From contig JAFAGN010000018.1 of the NCBI GenBank assembly GCA_023422695.1, positions 23,791 through 87,790 on the forward strand: a stretch of 64,000 nucleotides of DNA. Reading direction: 5' to 3'. Below, piece after piece: positions 9,837 to 21,100 of the stretch. The DNA comes from Pseudomonadota bacterium. Lineage in GTDB: Bacteria > Pseudomonadota > Alphaproteobacteria > Sphingomonadales > Sphingomonadaceae. Positions within the stretch are counted from its first letter, which is position 1. Each line of letters opens with the position of its first letter. A program made the translations under genes and the position numbers. The notes beneath the pieces are model-generated. The model was not told the origin of the DNA and did not search any database. It was given only the letters and a program-made list of their open reading frames with translations.

Positions 9837-10076
9837 TTAGATCGCCGTGCTGATGCGATACGGTCCTTTGCGAAGGGGGAGGGTCTCACCCTTCCAGCTG
9901 AGCTGCACCAGATTCTTGGCGAGCATGCCGTCGATTGCGGCATGGTCCGTTGGCATGGTGCTGCGCCAGTTCGGTCCGTCGATTATCGCGCGAGCGACCT
10001 CACTCGGACATACCGAACCCCCAGGGAACCGGGCGGCCAGAAGCGCGAGAACTTCCTCACATACTTTATCGTCCAC
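9837..10076 (-). CDS. DUF3253 family protein
   Basis: LLAAR..GSVCPSEVARA...WR...GPYRI; GGAGG RBS before GTG 10076. Confidence 0.75.
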   Translation of the reverse strand: MDDKVCEEVLALLAARFPGGSVCPSEVARAIIDGPNWRSTMPTDHAAIDGMLAKNLVQLSWKGETLPLRKGPYRISTAI

Positions 10077-10359
10077 GCTCGCCTCCACCACGCGACGAGC
10101 GTCCTTTGGTCATAGGGTCTGGTTTCGGTGGCGGCTTCCATCCCGGAGGCGGTGTCATGCGTTGCTGGTTCGTGCCGAGTCCCATCGCCCCAGGCCGCTG
10201 CCGCTCGATACCGGACAGGTCCGCCTTCTCTGCCTTGTCGGGGGTCGCGCCGCCGCGCAAAAGATTGATCTGGTCTCGGCAGCGGCGTGCCTCTTCGAAG
10301 TCGAGGTCGGCCACGGCGGCTTGCATTCTCTTTTGAAGTGCTTCGATTGTGTTGGCCAT
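10066..10359 (-). CDS. UvrB/UvrC (UVR) motif-containing small protein
   Basis: LQKRMQAAVADLDFEEARRCRDQI. The real start is probably ATG 10359 inside the long track ORF. Confidence 0.75.
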   Translation of the reverse strand: MANTIEALQKRMQAAVADLDFEEARRCRDQINLLRGGATPDKAEKADLSGIERQRPGAMGLGTNQQRMTPPPGWKPPPKPDPMTKGRSSRGGGERGR

Positions 10360-10569
10360 TCTTACATTACGCATGACCCGAGGATTGGCCGCATCCAGTT
10401 GGCAGCGCCTGCATCTCGCCGGATAAGTTGCATACGAAACGATGTGTTGCGCTGTGGCATCAGTAAGAAAGAATCGCCGAACCGGTGCGGCAATTTCTAT
10501 GGCCTCTTCCTTGCGTTGAAGTATGTGCCACCCGCGACCCGATGAAGGGGCTCCTTCATCACAAAAACT

Positions 10570-10598
10570 TGGCGGCCGTTCCGGCCGCCTTTTTTTTG
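10570..10598 (+). terminator. Rho-independent terminator with no obvious upstream + strand CDS
   Basis: GGCGGCCG-TTC-CGGCCGCC followed by a long T tract. Confidence 0.75.
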
Positions 10599-11023
10599 GG
10601 CTGATTGCAATTCCGGCGACTGGCGGCTCAGCGCCCGATGTCGGTCGTTGCGGCCGCCGGCAACCAACGCTCGAAAGCGGACATTCGGTTTCACGGTGAT
10701 CAGAGGCAGCAGTGCGCCCCACCCAAGCCATTCGGAGGTATCGATCAAATACCCGAAAGCGGAAATTAGACCGAGCGGGCCGGCGGCAGGAATGTCGGAC
10801 AACCCGGAAAGCTCCTTTCAGAAACGCCGACTGAGATAGCGGACGTTCTAAGTTGCGAACCGGCATGTAAAATTTCGTCGACATTGCTGAGATGTTTAAG
10901 CTGCGAGGCAAAAAGGCAGTTGCGACTAATTTGTAGGTGCGCTCAGAGCTTGCGCCAGAGCAGCGCCTCGAGCTTGTCGATCTGAAGTGCGACCGATGAC
11001 GGCGGAACATCAAATGCATCTAC

Positions 11024-13666
11024 CTATTTCTTAGGTTTCATCTGCGGGCGAGCCGATTCGGCGGCAAGGCCCTCCGCCTTCATATCCGCGATGAGGTTTT
11101 CGAGCGCCGCGATGTCGACATTGAATTCATCGGGCTTGGGAACAGGAACCGTGTCCGCCGCCGGATTGTCGTGACTATGGGTATTTGCCTTCGTCATTCC
11201 TTCGTGGAAGCGGATCGCGAGCGCATCGGACAGTGTGACGAAGCGCAACAGCTGCGTCTGAATGACGTCGGTGCCACGACGCACGATGTCGCGAAAAATC
11301 ACTTCCTCGACTACACGCTCATAGGTATCGCGTAGACGTCCATAGAGGTGCTTGACCTTGTATTCATAGTCGGCGGGACTAGTCGCGAGCAGTTTGGGAA
11401 GCGGCGCGAAGTCGTTCTTGATCTTGCCGATGCGCTTGGCGACGTTGAGACCCTTCCAAACCATGCCTGCAGGGTCGATTTTACCCGCCGCATCTTTGTC
11501 ACCGAACAGAGCAATCGTCACCGGTTCAAGGCCCCGGTTTTCCGCGGCGGTACAGAGCTCGTTGAAGAAGATTATGTCGTGGGTGAACACGACGACCTGG
11601 CGTTGGCAAGCCTCTTCAGCGAGCCGTTCCGCAACGCGCGCACTGCGGTCGCGGTCGAGCGAGGACACTGGATCGTCGACGACGATCGGGCCGGAACCAT
11701 CGGTCAACGCCACCTCGGTCAGGAATCCCGCGAGTGCGAGCGCACGCTGCTCACCTTCGCTGAGAATTTCGGAGGTCACCTTGGTGAGCTTGGTCTGCGG
11801 ATCGACCTCGAATTTCGCCTCGGTCTGGCTGCTCTTGCGCGAAAGGCCGACCTTTAAGTGCATGATGTCGAACCGTTCACGCTCCGCATCAAATTGCGTG
11901 ACGACAGCGGTCGTCAAATGCATATCGACCAGTTCGTTTGCACGTTGCGTGATGCTTCTGGTGTGCACTTCGCCGAGCGCTTTTTCATAGGCGGCATCGG
12001 CGATCATCAGATCGCGCCGGGTCACGAGCTTTGTCCGATTGGCGGCGAGGATCTTCTTGTCCTCGAGTTCAGCCTTCTCGGCGACCAGCTTGTCGCGCTC
12101 CTCCGTTTCCCCGGCCTTGGCGAAAGCTTCCTTCTCGTCGCGCAGCTTCTGCGCCAGCGCTTTCAGCTCGGCATGCGGCGAAACAAACGCTGGAATGGGC
12201 TTGGTGTCTTCGCCCGCCAACCTCGCAGCGGCATCTGTCCGCCGGTCGATCGATGCGATTTGGAAACTCGCCACGGCGTCGGCGAGACCGCCGTCGCGTT
12301 GCCGGACCTGGTCGACCCGATCGGTAAACCCCTCAGCGCGTAACTGCGTCAGCGGTGCAAGCGCTCCTGCGGCGTCCGCGAGCGCCTTCTCGGCCTTCGT
12401 GGCGGCCACATCGAGCGTGTCGTCCATATATTTCTGAAAGCGCTGCATCCGCTCCGCGCCATCTTCTCGCAGTGGCTGCTGACACAGCACGCAGGCCGCC
12501 GGGCCACTATCGCTGGCTAGGACCGGAAAGTCTGACCCGGCATAGGCTTCGCTTACGGAATAGTCGCGCGCTGCGTTCCACAGCGCCCGCCAGGTTTCGC
12601 TACCCACTCCCGGGAGCGGCTCGTCGGTGAATAAGGCGCCTGCCGACAGCTGGGCCGTCTTGCGCGCGGTAACCGCAGTCTCGCGCAGGTTGGTGAACGT
12701 CGCCAGAGAAGCGTCCGAATAGGCAGTTGCCGCACTCTCGCATTCGCTGGCGATTGCATCGACCCATCCGATGAGCGCGTTGAGATCGGCAACCGCTGCG
12801 GCGCTGGCAGAGAGGATGGCCACGATTTCGTCGAGGCGCGCTTGGTCTTCTGGCTTGAACGTCGCTGCCTCATCGATTTTGACATTGTCCGTGGCCTTGG
12901 TGAGCGTCCGGTCGAATGTCTGCGCTTTGGTCGTGCGTTGCACGGGAAAGGCAATAGCGGTCAGGCTGACCTTGTTGCCGATCGCCGTCGCCCGTTCCGC
13001 CTCGAGACACTCCTTCAATTTGAGGCAAACGCCGTTGAGCCGGTGGGGCAGAGCCAGGCCAAAGGGCAGATAACGAATCTGATTGCCGCTATCGACATAG
13101 AGCTGCGCCGACAAAGTATCGAACACCGCGACTTGCATGAGCTCGGGCCGGGCAGTCATTCCGCTCGTCCAGGCGATCGATGCGTCCCCGCTGCCTGTAT
13201 CGACGATGATCTCGGCGGCTTGCGGACCCGTGCTTCCGCCATAGACGTCGGAGAGAACCTTGAGCTTGTCCGCCTTTTCTACCCGCGTTCGGCAGGCCGT
13301 ACGCAGAATCCGCACGAAGCCGCTCTTGCCACTACCGTTGCGGCCGTAGACGACCGTCAGCGCCTTTGGACAAAAATCGAGACCGGCCTTCGGAACGAGC
13401 CGGTTGACGTTCTCGACATTCGCGATCCCTTTGAGCACCACCGGTTGCTGCTTGCCACCGCCGAAATGCGCCTTCACGAAAGGCACCGGTGTGGGGGCCG
13501 GGCTTGGGAGGACGAAACCTGCGGCATGTTTGATCATTGCCAGCAGCTCGTCGGAATCCCCGTCGGTTAAATCATTGCTTACCGCAAGCCGTCGCAAGGC
13601 ATCTTGGCGCCAAGGCGAAAGCTTCTTCGACCAGTTCTCGATATCGTCGATCGGCTCCGTCGCCAT
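11024..13666 (-). CDS. SMC/ABC-type ATPase with zinc hook and C-terminal putative HEPN-like domain (RloC-like)
   Basis: Walker A GRNGSGKS, CVLC hook within coiled coil, signature LSEGE, Walker B VVDDPVSSLD, FTHD, then about 180 aa carrying R..YE and NTHSH. Confidence 0.7.
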   Translation of the reverse strand: MATEPIDDIENWSKKLSPWRQDALRRLAVSNDLTDGDSDELLAMIKHAAGFVLPSPAPTPVPFVKAHFGGGKQQPVVLKGIANVENVNRLVPKAGLDFCPKALTVVYGRNGSGKSGFVRILRTACRTRVEKADKLKVLSDVYGGSTGPQAAEIIVDTGSGDASIAWTSGMTARPELMQVAVFDTLSAQLYVDSGNQIRYLPFGLALPHRLNGVCLKLKECLEAERATAIGNKVSLTAIAFPVQRTTKAQTFDRTLTKATDNVKIDEAATFKPEDQARLDEIVAILSASAAAVADLNALIGWVDAIASECESAATAYSDASLATFTNLRETAVTARKTAQLSAGALFTDEPLPGVGSETWRALWNAARDYSVSEAYAGSDFPVLASDSGPAACVLCQQPLREDGAERMQRFQKYMDDTLDVAATKAEKALADAAGALAPLTQLRAEGFTDRVDQVRQRDGGLADAVASFQIASIDRRTDAAARLAGEDTKPIPAFVSPHAELKALAQKLRDEKEAFAKAGETEERDKLVAEKAELEDKKILAANRTKLVTRRDLMIADAAYEKALGEVHTRSITQRANELVDMHLTTAVVTQFDAERERFDIMHLKVGLSRKSSQTEAKFEVDPQTKLTKVTSEILSEGEQRALALAGFLTEVALTDGSGPIVVDDPVSSLDRDRSARVAERLAEEACQRQVVVFTHDIIFFNELCTAAENRGLEPVTIALFGDKDAAGKIDPAGMVWKGLNVAKRIGKIKNDFAPLPKLLATSPADYEYKVKHLYGRLRDTYERVVEEVIFRDIVRRGTDVIQTQLLRFVTLSDALAIRFHEGMTKANTHSHDNPAADTVPVPKPDEFNVDIAALENLIADMKAEGLAAESARPQMKPKK

Positions 13667-13982
13667 GTTTCCCCTCGCTTCTGTCCCTGCTGCCCGCCGT
13701 GCTCAGGCCTAGGCGTGCCTCTTTTCGTCTTTCAAGCCGACCTGACAACTGCCAACCAATCGATGTGCCGGCAATTTTAATCCAGAACGAACACTTTCTT
13801 TGGTCTTGGTAGAGCCCTCTTGTCGCTTCGCCACCATTGTTCGATATCTGTTCGACGCATCGCGGAACCGATGCTAGTTTTATACGCAAGGGGGAGTTAG
13901 CAAAAGTGTTGCGTGTAAATAACCCGTTGGTTCGATTCCGGGATGTCGGGGACGATCCTCAAAGAGTAGAGGCTGGGGGAGG

Positions 13983-15104
13983 ATGATCCGCATCCTCCAC
14001 ACAGCCGACTGGCAGCTCGGCAAGCCGTTCGCGCGCTTCCCGGACGAGGTCCGTTCGGCGCTTTCCGAAGCTAGGCTCGATGTCGTCGACAAGATCGGCG
14101 CGCTCGCGCGGGAGCAGGAGGCCGGCCATGTGCTGGTCGCAGGCGACGTTTTTGACAATGTCGATCCGGGCGATCGCATCCTTACGCAAGCGCTTTCGCG
14201 CATGAGCCGGGCCAGCACGACCTGGTGGCTCATGCCTGGAAATCATGATCATGCTCGCGCCGACGGCCTCTGGTCGCGCGTTCGCCGCCAAGCGCCACCC
14301 AATGTCCGTGTGCTCGATCGTGCGGAAGCGGTGGAACTTGAGGAGCAGGCCTGGCTGCTTCCCGCGCCGCTCGAGCATCGGCGCACGCGGGACGATCCGA
14401 CAGAGTCTTTCGCCTCGATGTCCACGCCCCTGGGCGCAATCCGTATCGGTCTTGCACACGGGTCGATTACCGATTTCGGTGGCAGCAGTCCCGCCACGAA
14501 CGTCATTCCACCCGATCGGGCCCGTCAGGCGGGCCTCGACTATCTTGCGCTTGGCGACTGGCATGCTCATCTGCAAATCAACGATCGCACAGCCTATTGC
14601 GGTACGCCCGAAGTCGATGGCTTCGGGAGTGAGGAGCCCGGCAGTGTTATCCTCGCCGACTGCGCCGCCGGCGGCCCTCCGAGCCTGCAGCGCGTTCGAT
14701 CAGGAACTTATTGGTGGCTGACCCAGATATGGGAACTTCATGGTCGTGATGACTTCACGAGCGCGCTTCAAGGGCTGCGCGTGTCGGACGATCTCCCGCG
14801 GACTCTGCTCGACTTGCGTTTGGAGGGCACCGTTTCGCTCGCAGACCGCATCGCGATGCTGGATGAACTTGGGACCGTGCTCGCTCATGAGCTGCGCTGG
14901 CTCGACCTGCGTCATGAGGGCCTCGCGATCCGACCAACCGAAGACGATATCGCCGAAATCGATGTGCAGGGGACGCTTGCCAATGCGGCATCGCTGCTGG
15001 CGAGTAAGGCCGACGCGGGCGGCGACGAAGGATCGCTCGCGAGCGCCGCGCTCGAACGGCTCTATGTCGAAGCACTACGCGCGCAGCGGGAGGCTGACGC
15101 ATGA
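13983..15104 (+). CDS. Mre11/SbcD-like metallophosphoesterase (DNA repair exonuclease)
   Basis: HTADWQLG, GDVFD, PGNHD, AHG, LGDWH, YCGTPE. Confidence 0.9.
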   Translation: MIRILHTADWQLGKPFARFPDEVRSALSEARLDVVDKIGALAREQEAGHVLVAGDVFDNVDPGDRILTQALSRMSRASTTWWLMPGNHDHARADGLWSRVRRQAPPNVRVLDRAEAVELEEQAWLLPAPLEHRRTRDDPTESFASMSTPLGAIRIGLAHGSITDFGGSSPATNVIPPDRARQAGLDYLALGDWHAHLQINDRTAYCGTPEVDGFGSEEPGSVILADCAAGGPPSLQRVRSGTYWWLTQIWELHGRDDFTSALQGLRVSDDLPRTLLDLRLEGTVSLADRIAMLDELGTVLAHELRWLDLRHEGLAIRPTEDDIAEIDVQGTLANAASLLASKADAGGDEGSLASAALERLYVEALRAQREADA

Positions 15105-17740
15105 AGCTACGTGCGCTGGAAGTCGCCAATTTCCGCAAATTCCGCAAGCCGCTCGAGATCACCGGCATTGCCGAGGGGCTCAATATCGTCGTCGAACCGA
15201 ATGAGGCGGGAAAATCGACTCTTCTCGAGGCATTGCGCGCCGCGCTGTTCATTCGCCATTCGGCGAAGAGCGAACTCGTGCGGTCGTTTTGCCCGTTCGG
15301 CGACGAGGTGGGGCCAAGGGTCGGGCTCGATTTCGAGGTCGATGGCGAGGCATGGCGGCTCGACAAGCAGTTTCTCAAGGCGGCATCGATCACGCTCGTC
15401 GGCCCTTCTGGCCGCTTCGAAAGCGACGCCGCTGAGGACCGGCTGCAGACCCTGCTTGGCTTCGACAAAGGTAACAATCGCGGCACCGATCCTGAAAGCC
15501 GCGGTGCGCTGGGCCTGTTGTGGGTTGAGCAGGCGAGTGCGTTGGCGGTCGAACCACCCGGCCATCTCGTGCGCAACAACATTCGCAGCGCTTTGGAAGC
15601 CGAAGTCGGCGCCGTCTTGGGTGGTCGGCGGTTTGAGCTGGTGCGGGCGCGGATCGACGAAGCATATGCCGCGCTCAGAACGGCCCGCACTGGCAAGCCA
15701 ACCGGGCGTCTGGCGGAAGCCGAGTCCCGTGCCGCCGAGGCCGGCGCGCGCCGAGAGGTGGCTGAGGACCAGCTGCGATCCTACGAGCAGTCGCTCGCTG
15801 CCCTCGAGCAGGCGCGCACTCAGAAGCGGCTCATCGAGCGCGAGCTTGAGGATCCCGAAATGGCCGAGCAGCGGCGCAAGCTTGCCGAAGATCTCAAGCT
15901 CGCCGAATCCGCGCAGCTGCGTCTGACTGCGGCACAGGCGCGTCATGCAGAGGGCGAAGCCCAGCTAAAGGCGCTCGATCAGGCGCTTGCGGCCTTCGAG
16001 CACGCCGAAAGCGCCGTGCATGAGGCGCTTGCCGTGCGCGACAAGGCGAACGCAGCGCTGGCCGCGCATCGCCAGGACCATGAGATGGCGGTGGAAGCAG
16101 AGACCACTCGGCGCACAGCGCTAGCCGAGCGTCGCCAGGCACGCCGCGATGCGCAAGGCGCACTCGACGCAGCGCGGACGATTGCTGAGGGCAATGCGCG
16201 GCGGCAGGCCGTTGCCAGGGCCCGCGCACAGCTCTCACAGGTTAAGGCGGCTGAGCAGGCGATCGCCGTCAAGCGCGACCTTGCGAACTCTTCGCTCACC
16301 GCAAAAGATGTCGAACAGCTCGCCGCCCTCGACCGCAAGGTTACCGAAACGCAGACGCTGCGCGATGCGGGTGCGGTCTCGATCGAAGTCGAATTGACCG
16401 AGGGGCAAACGTTCACGATCGATGGTGAACCGGCCACGGCCGGGCGTCATGACGTCCTTCAGGCGACTACCTTTGCGATTGGTAAGGCTGCCCGCCTGAC
16501 CATTACCCCTCCCGCCGTTGTCGGACGAAGTGCCGTGGACGCCCACGACGCGGCGCTCGAGGCGTATCACGACAAGCTCGCAGAGCTGGAGGTTGAGAGC
16601 TACGCAGCCGCGGTTAAGCGCCTCAATGCGGCCCAGAACGCGCGCGATGAACTTGTTGTGCTCGAGCGACAACTCGCCGCTCTGTGCCCAGGCGATATCA
16701 CACTGGATCTCGCGCCCGGCGCAGCTGCCCTCAAACTATTCCTTGAAGATCAGACCGCAGATGCGGACGATGCGGAAGCCGAACCCGACCTTGCGGCCTT
16801 ATCGGTGGCGCTCGACTTAGCGAACGAAGCCGAACAGCATGCAATTGGCCAGCACGAGAGTGCCCAGCAAACGCATCATCAGGCCGAGACGCGACTCGTT
16901 CAGCTCGGCGCTGATACGGCGACGGCGGAGCGCGACGTCGCCAGTGCGCAGGCGCAGCTCACGGCGCTCGAAGGCGAGCACGATCGGTCCGCACTCGCGG
17001 CACAGCGCCAGGCGGCAGGGGAAGACTATGCGCGCCGGGTCGACGCGCTTGATCAGGCTGAACGCGCCGCCGGCGCGCTCGATATCGAGCGGATTCGCCG
17101 CAGTATTGCTCACCAGGATCAAGCTCAGACGCGGGCCCAGGAAGAACGCCTCGCGCTCGTCGCGAAGATCGCGTCGCTCGAGGCCACCGTGGCGAGCGAG
17201 GGACCCAAAGGCCTCGCCGGCATCGCCGCTGAAACGCGCGAGGTGGAGGAGAGCGCCGCCGCGCAGCTGGTACGGCTGACGCGCGAAGCCGATGTCCTCG
17301 CGCTTTTGCGCGACACCTTACGTGAGGCGGGCGACGCGGCGGCGCGGACTTTCCTAGGGCCTGTCACCCGCCGCGCCGCCCGTTATGTCGAGCGTATCCT
17401 TCCTGGCAGCGATCTCGTTTTCGCCGAAGATATGGGGTTAGTCGGCGTGCGTCGGGACGGTTTCGACGAGGGCTGCGGTGATTTAAGCCGTGGGACGCAG
17501 GAGCAACTCGCCGTGCTCACGCGTCTCGCTTTCGCCGACCTTCTTCTTGATCGTAAAGCGCCAGTCTCTCTCATTCTTGACGACCCGTTGGTCTATTCCG
17601 ATGATGCTCGCCTCGAGGTCATGACCGATCTGCTTGAGGAGGCTGGCACGCGGATGCAGGTCATCCTGCTCACCTGCAGGTCCAAAGCCTTCCGGCATGT
17701 TGCAGCCCATCGCATCGACCTTGCGGGGGCGTCCGCGTGA
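15101..17740 (+). CDS. Rad50/SbcC-like (YhaN-type) coiled-coil ABC ATPase
   Basis: NFRKF, Walker A PNEAGKST, long coiled coil, LSRGTQEQ, LILDDP, ILLTC; ATGA overlap with the nuclease gene. Confidence 0.88.
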   Translation: MKLRALEVANFRKFRKPLEITGIAEGLNIVVEPNEAGKSTLLEALRAALFIRHSAKSELVRSFCPFGDEVGPRVGLDFEVDGEAWRLDKQFLKAASITLVGPSGRFESDAAEDRLQTLLGFDKGNNRGTDPESRGALGLLWVEQASALAVEPPGHLVRNNIRSALEAEVGAVLGGRRFELVRARIDEAYAALRTARTGKPTGRLAEAESRAAEAGARREVAEDQLRSYEQSLAALEQARTQKRLIERELEDPEMAEQRRKLAEDLKLAESAQLRLTAAQARHAEGEAQLKALDQALAAFEHAESAVHEALAVRDKANAALAAHRQDHEMAVEAETTRRTALAERRQARRDAQGALDAARTIAEGNARRQAVARARAQLSQVKAAEQAIAVKRDLANSSLTAKDVEQLAALDRKVTETQTLRDAGAVSIEVELTEGQTFTIDGEPATAGRHDVLQATTFAIGKAARLTITPPAVVGRSAVDAHDAALEAYHDKLAELEVESYAAAVKRLNAAQNARDELVVLERQLAALCPGDITLDLAPGAAALKLFLEDQTADADDAEAEPDLAALSVALDLANEAEQHAIGQHESAQQTHHQAETRLVQLGADTATAERDVASAQAQLTALEGEHDRSALAAQRQAAGEDYARRVDALDQAERAAGALDIERIRRSIAHQDQAQTRAQEERLALVAKIASLEATVASEGPKGLAGIAAETREVEESAAAQLVRLTREADVLALLRDTLREAGDAAARTFLGPVTRRAARYVERILPGSDLVFAEDMGLVGVRRDGFDEGCGDLSRGTQEQLAVLTRLAFADLLLDRKAPVSLILDDPLVYSDDARLEVMTDLLEEAGTRMQVILLTCRSKAFRHVAAHRIDLAGASA

Positions 17741-17780
17741 GCCGCGTGTTGGGCACCTTCATCGCGGCGGGAGGCGCTTG

Positions 17781-18111
17781 ATGCTGTTCGGTCAGCTCAA
17801 TGACTATATTTTACGCTCTTCTCGGGCTCGACCGGCACCTCTACGAGGCGGTGAGCGTGAAGATTTGCGAAAATTTCTATCGCAGCGACCTGCGCTTTCC
17901 GAGTCAGGTCGAGATTGTCGGCCTGGTCTACGAGACGCTCGCGAGCAATGCCGATCTGTGGCGTGAGGACGAAGCTCCGGTCGTGCTCGATCAGGTCGTC
18001 ACGCGAAAAGGGCGGCGTATTCGTCGGGCAAGAATGAAAGGCGACTTCTGCCCGAGAGATCCGAACGTAGGAACGTCCGCTTTGTTGGCGATGGCTGACA
18101 TGCGGAAATGA
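17781..18111 (+). pseudogene. Possible frameshifted gene remnant
   Basis: GGAGG-preceded ATG 17781 (MLFGQLNDYILR) is out of frame with the protein-like ORF 17800-18111. Confidence 0.3.
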
Positions 18112-18169
18112 AAAGGGAATGACATAGCCGGGTACCTCGCCGAAAACTGCCAGTCGGAAATCGGCCAGG

Positions 18170-21100
18170 CTACTCGAACAGAGCATCGAGCGTGGCGAAC
18201 ACGCCGGCGGTACGCCACAGATTGCGATTACCGATTACGTATAGGGCCTCTTTGGCGCGCGTTACTGCGACGTTGAGGAGGTTGGGTTGTTTGCCAGCCC
18301 AAGCGCGGGCGCCTGTCTGATCGGCATTGGGAGCGCCGAGCACGAAAATCACCGCCTCGGCCTCGCGGCCCTGCACCGTGTGGATGGTTCCGACACGCTC
18401 ATAGACCCAGCTGCCGAGCTCCGGGATTGCGGCATTCAGGGCGGCGCTATCGCGGATCGCGGCGCGCAGGCCATCGGCGACCTGCACGAAGGGCGTGACG
18501 ACATAGAAGTCGGGCGCAATGCCTTTCGCGATGATCTGCTCCAGCAGACGGACCGCCTCGCGGCCTTTATCTGGGCACCATTTGTCGCGCCCTGAACCTT
18601 CGACGTTGATCCAGCGCGACGGTCCGAGACAGGCGCGAATGTCTGAATTGCGGGGCGTTTTAGCCTGCACCATGAGATTTTCATAGGCGATGCTGTTGGC
18701 GATCTTGAACATTGGCTCGCAGCAGCGGCGATGGACAAGCAGCGGAACGCCGACCGTTCGGCTTCCGGCGCCCGACGGAAACTCAGCGAACCAGGCGGTA
18801 GCATCATCTGCCAGTGTCTGGACCGAGGCCGCGGGGGCGCCGAAGCGCTCGGCATCCACTCCGAAGCTGCGGCAGATGGCGCCGACAAGATCATCGGGAA
18901 GCATCACGACGGGCGGGACCTGGATCGGGTCGCCGACGACGACGGCATGGTTCGCACGCAGGAGCGCGCCGACCGCTTGCTGCGGCGCCGCCTGACCTGC
19001 TTCGTCGATGAGAAGCCAGCCGAGCGATTGGGGCGGCAGCTTTCCGAGCATCGCGCTGACCGACGCGAAGGTCGTCGAGACCACCGGCACGACCAAGAAA
19101 AGGCTCGACCAGATATCCGGTATCACCGCGTCGCGCGCGGGTGAGCCGAGACCCTTTCCATCTAGGACCTGCATCGCGAGGCCGAGATTGTGGCGAAGCG
19201 GTTTCGCAGCGGCATCGAGAAAGGCCCGGTGTAGATCCATAGCCGCTTCGAAAAGGGCATCACGTTCGCGATGCTCGGCCTTGGTCAGCCAAGGCGCCGC
19301 CTTCTGAACGATGGTGTGGCCATTCTCGAAAAACTCCTCGTCGATGATATCGCCCGTACGCGCTCGCTTGTCGCGGCGCCATTCTGCCGCCATTGGCGCG
19401 AGCTGCTGGCGAAACGCGTCGGCTTGTTTCGCGGCGCCAAGTCCGAGCCAGGGCGAGCGGCCGAGTTTTAGCAATTTGCCGTCCGGCCATGATTTTTCCT
19501 GCGACGCGCTTTGGCACGCATCGACGAGCGCATAAGAAAGCGGAGCGTGATCGGCTTCCCAGTCCCGATAGCAGCGAGTTCCGAAGAGGCGGTGGAACCA
19601 GCTCGGCCGACCGGCGCCATGCGCTTCGACCGCCTCGAAGCGCCGCTCGATGACCGGCAGGTGCAGTCCGCGGACGCGCAGCAGTTCGACTTGCGCGAGT
19701 ATGTCGTTGACGCGCCTTTCGAGCTCACGAAAGCGCTCGCGCTTCTGCCGCCAATTGCCCAGCGCCTCGCGCCGGCTGCGCGGCGGATCGAGCGCGGTGA
19801 CGATGTGAGGTGGTCGTGATGGCTTGCCGGGCTCGTCGATCTCTGCCTCGCGGCCATCTACTGCTTTCAGATATGCGAACAAACCATTGTCCGCGTTCCA
19901 CCAGAAATCATCCTTGAACGCATAACGATTGGATGAATTGCCGAGAATCGCGGCGATCAGCCCCCAGCTCGGCCCGCCAACCATCGTCTGCGCAATGGGT
20001 TCGAAATAACGCATGTCCGAATCTTCGGCGATGGCGCCTTTCGCCGGGAGCTCACCGCTGACATTTTCCACCGCTTTATTGTTCGATGAAGCGACGAGAA
20101 TCTCGAAACCCTTTAGGCGCGGATCGAGCCGGTAGAGATGGATCCAGGCTGCACCCGCTTTCAGCGTTTCGCCCGACGCGGTGAAGGCCTGTTCGGGATC
20201 GGCAAATCCCGCCATCACGCTCGCTCGTGCAGTCACAAGGGCGGCGACAACATCGCGGAGCAGTGTCGTTTTGCCCGTGCCCGGTGGACCATTGACGGCC
20301 AGTATCTCGCCCGTCGCCGTTGCGGCGGCGAGATTGACCGCCGCCTGCTGCATCAGGACGAGCGGGTGGCGGCCGAGACCCGGCCACCGGCCGGCTGGAA
20401 TGGAGGCGGGTGCAACGGCCTCTTCGATTGCCAAGGCGTCGTGCTTCAGATCGCGCCGCTGTGCGGGTTGTTTTGCGCCGAGGTAGCGCAGTAAGAGGTC
20501 GGGTGCATTGCGACCAGCGCAGAGCTTGCTGGCTGACGCAAGGTCCTTCAGGAAGAAGCTGTTGAGCAGTAGTGCCTCGGGCGGGTCTTTTGATTTGAAC
20601 GGGACGAGGCTGCGGACAGCGAAGCTCGGCGGGCGGAGAAGTGCCGGCTCGATGGCGAATTCAGCTGCTAGCCACTCATAGGCGGCGCGAATTGCTTTTT
20701 CGTCGAGCGGAAACGGTTTTCCGTCCGATCCTTCGCGGTACAGCCGCTCGTGCAACGCTTCGCCAATACGCTCTTCCTCGCCCGGCCAACGCGCGAGCGC
20801 GGCGGGCCCTTCGCACAAGATGACCGGTAGCCCCCAGCCGAAACTCGACAAAGTGGCGCATTCATCTTCAATCGGTCGGCCGTCACGATCGACGATAACG
20901 ACCGCAAGCGGCGTGTCGCCACGCGCCTGCGGGCGTTCGGCCCGTCCATCGCCGAAGCGCTGGAGTAGCCGATCTACCGCTCCCGCCATATCGATCGATC
21001 CGAGGACGATCTGGTAATAGAGCCGCTTTCCGGGCGGACCTTTTGCTCCGCTTGCCCAGGGCAGGCCGCGATCCAGGCGCGCGATTCTTTTGATGTCGCC

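Noticed and set aside
11024..17740. Wadjet or Lamassu assignment for the SMC-like ATPases
   Set aside because: No JetA/B/D or LmuA/LmuC-like partners; the architectures fit RloC-like and Mre11/Rad50-like families.
17781..18111. Acyl-CoA thioesterase similarity (C..FY...LRFP..VEI.G)
   Set aside because: Resemblance too weak to call without a profile search; kept only as a possible remnant.
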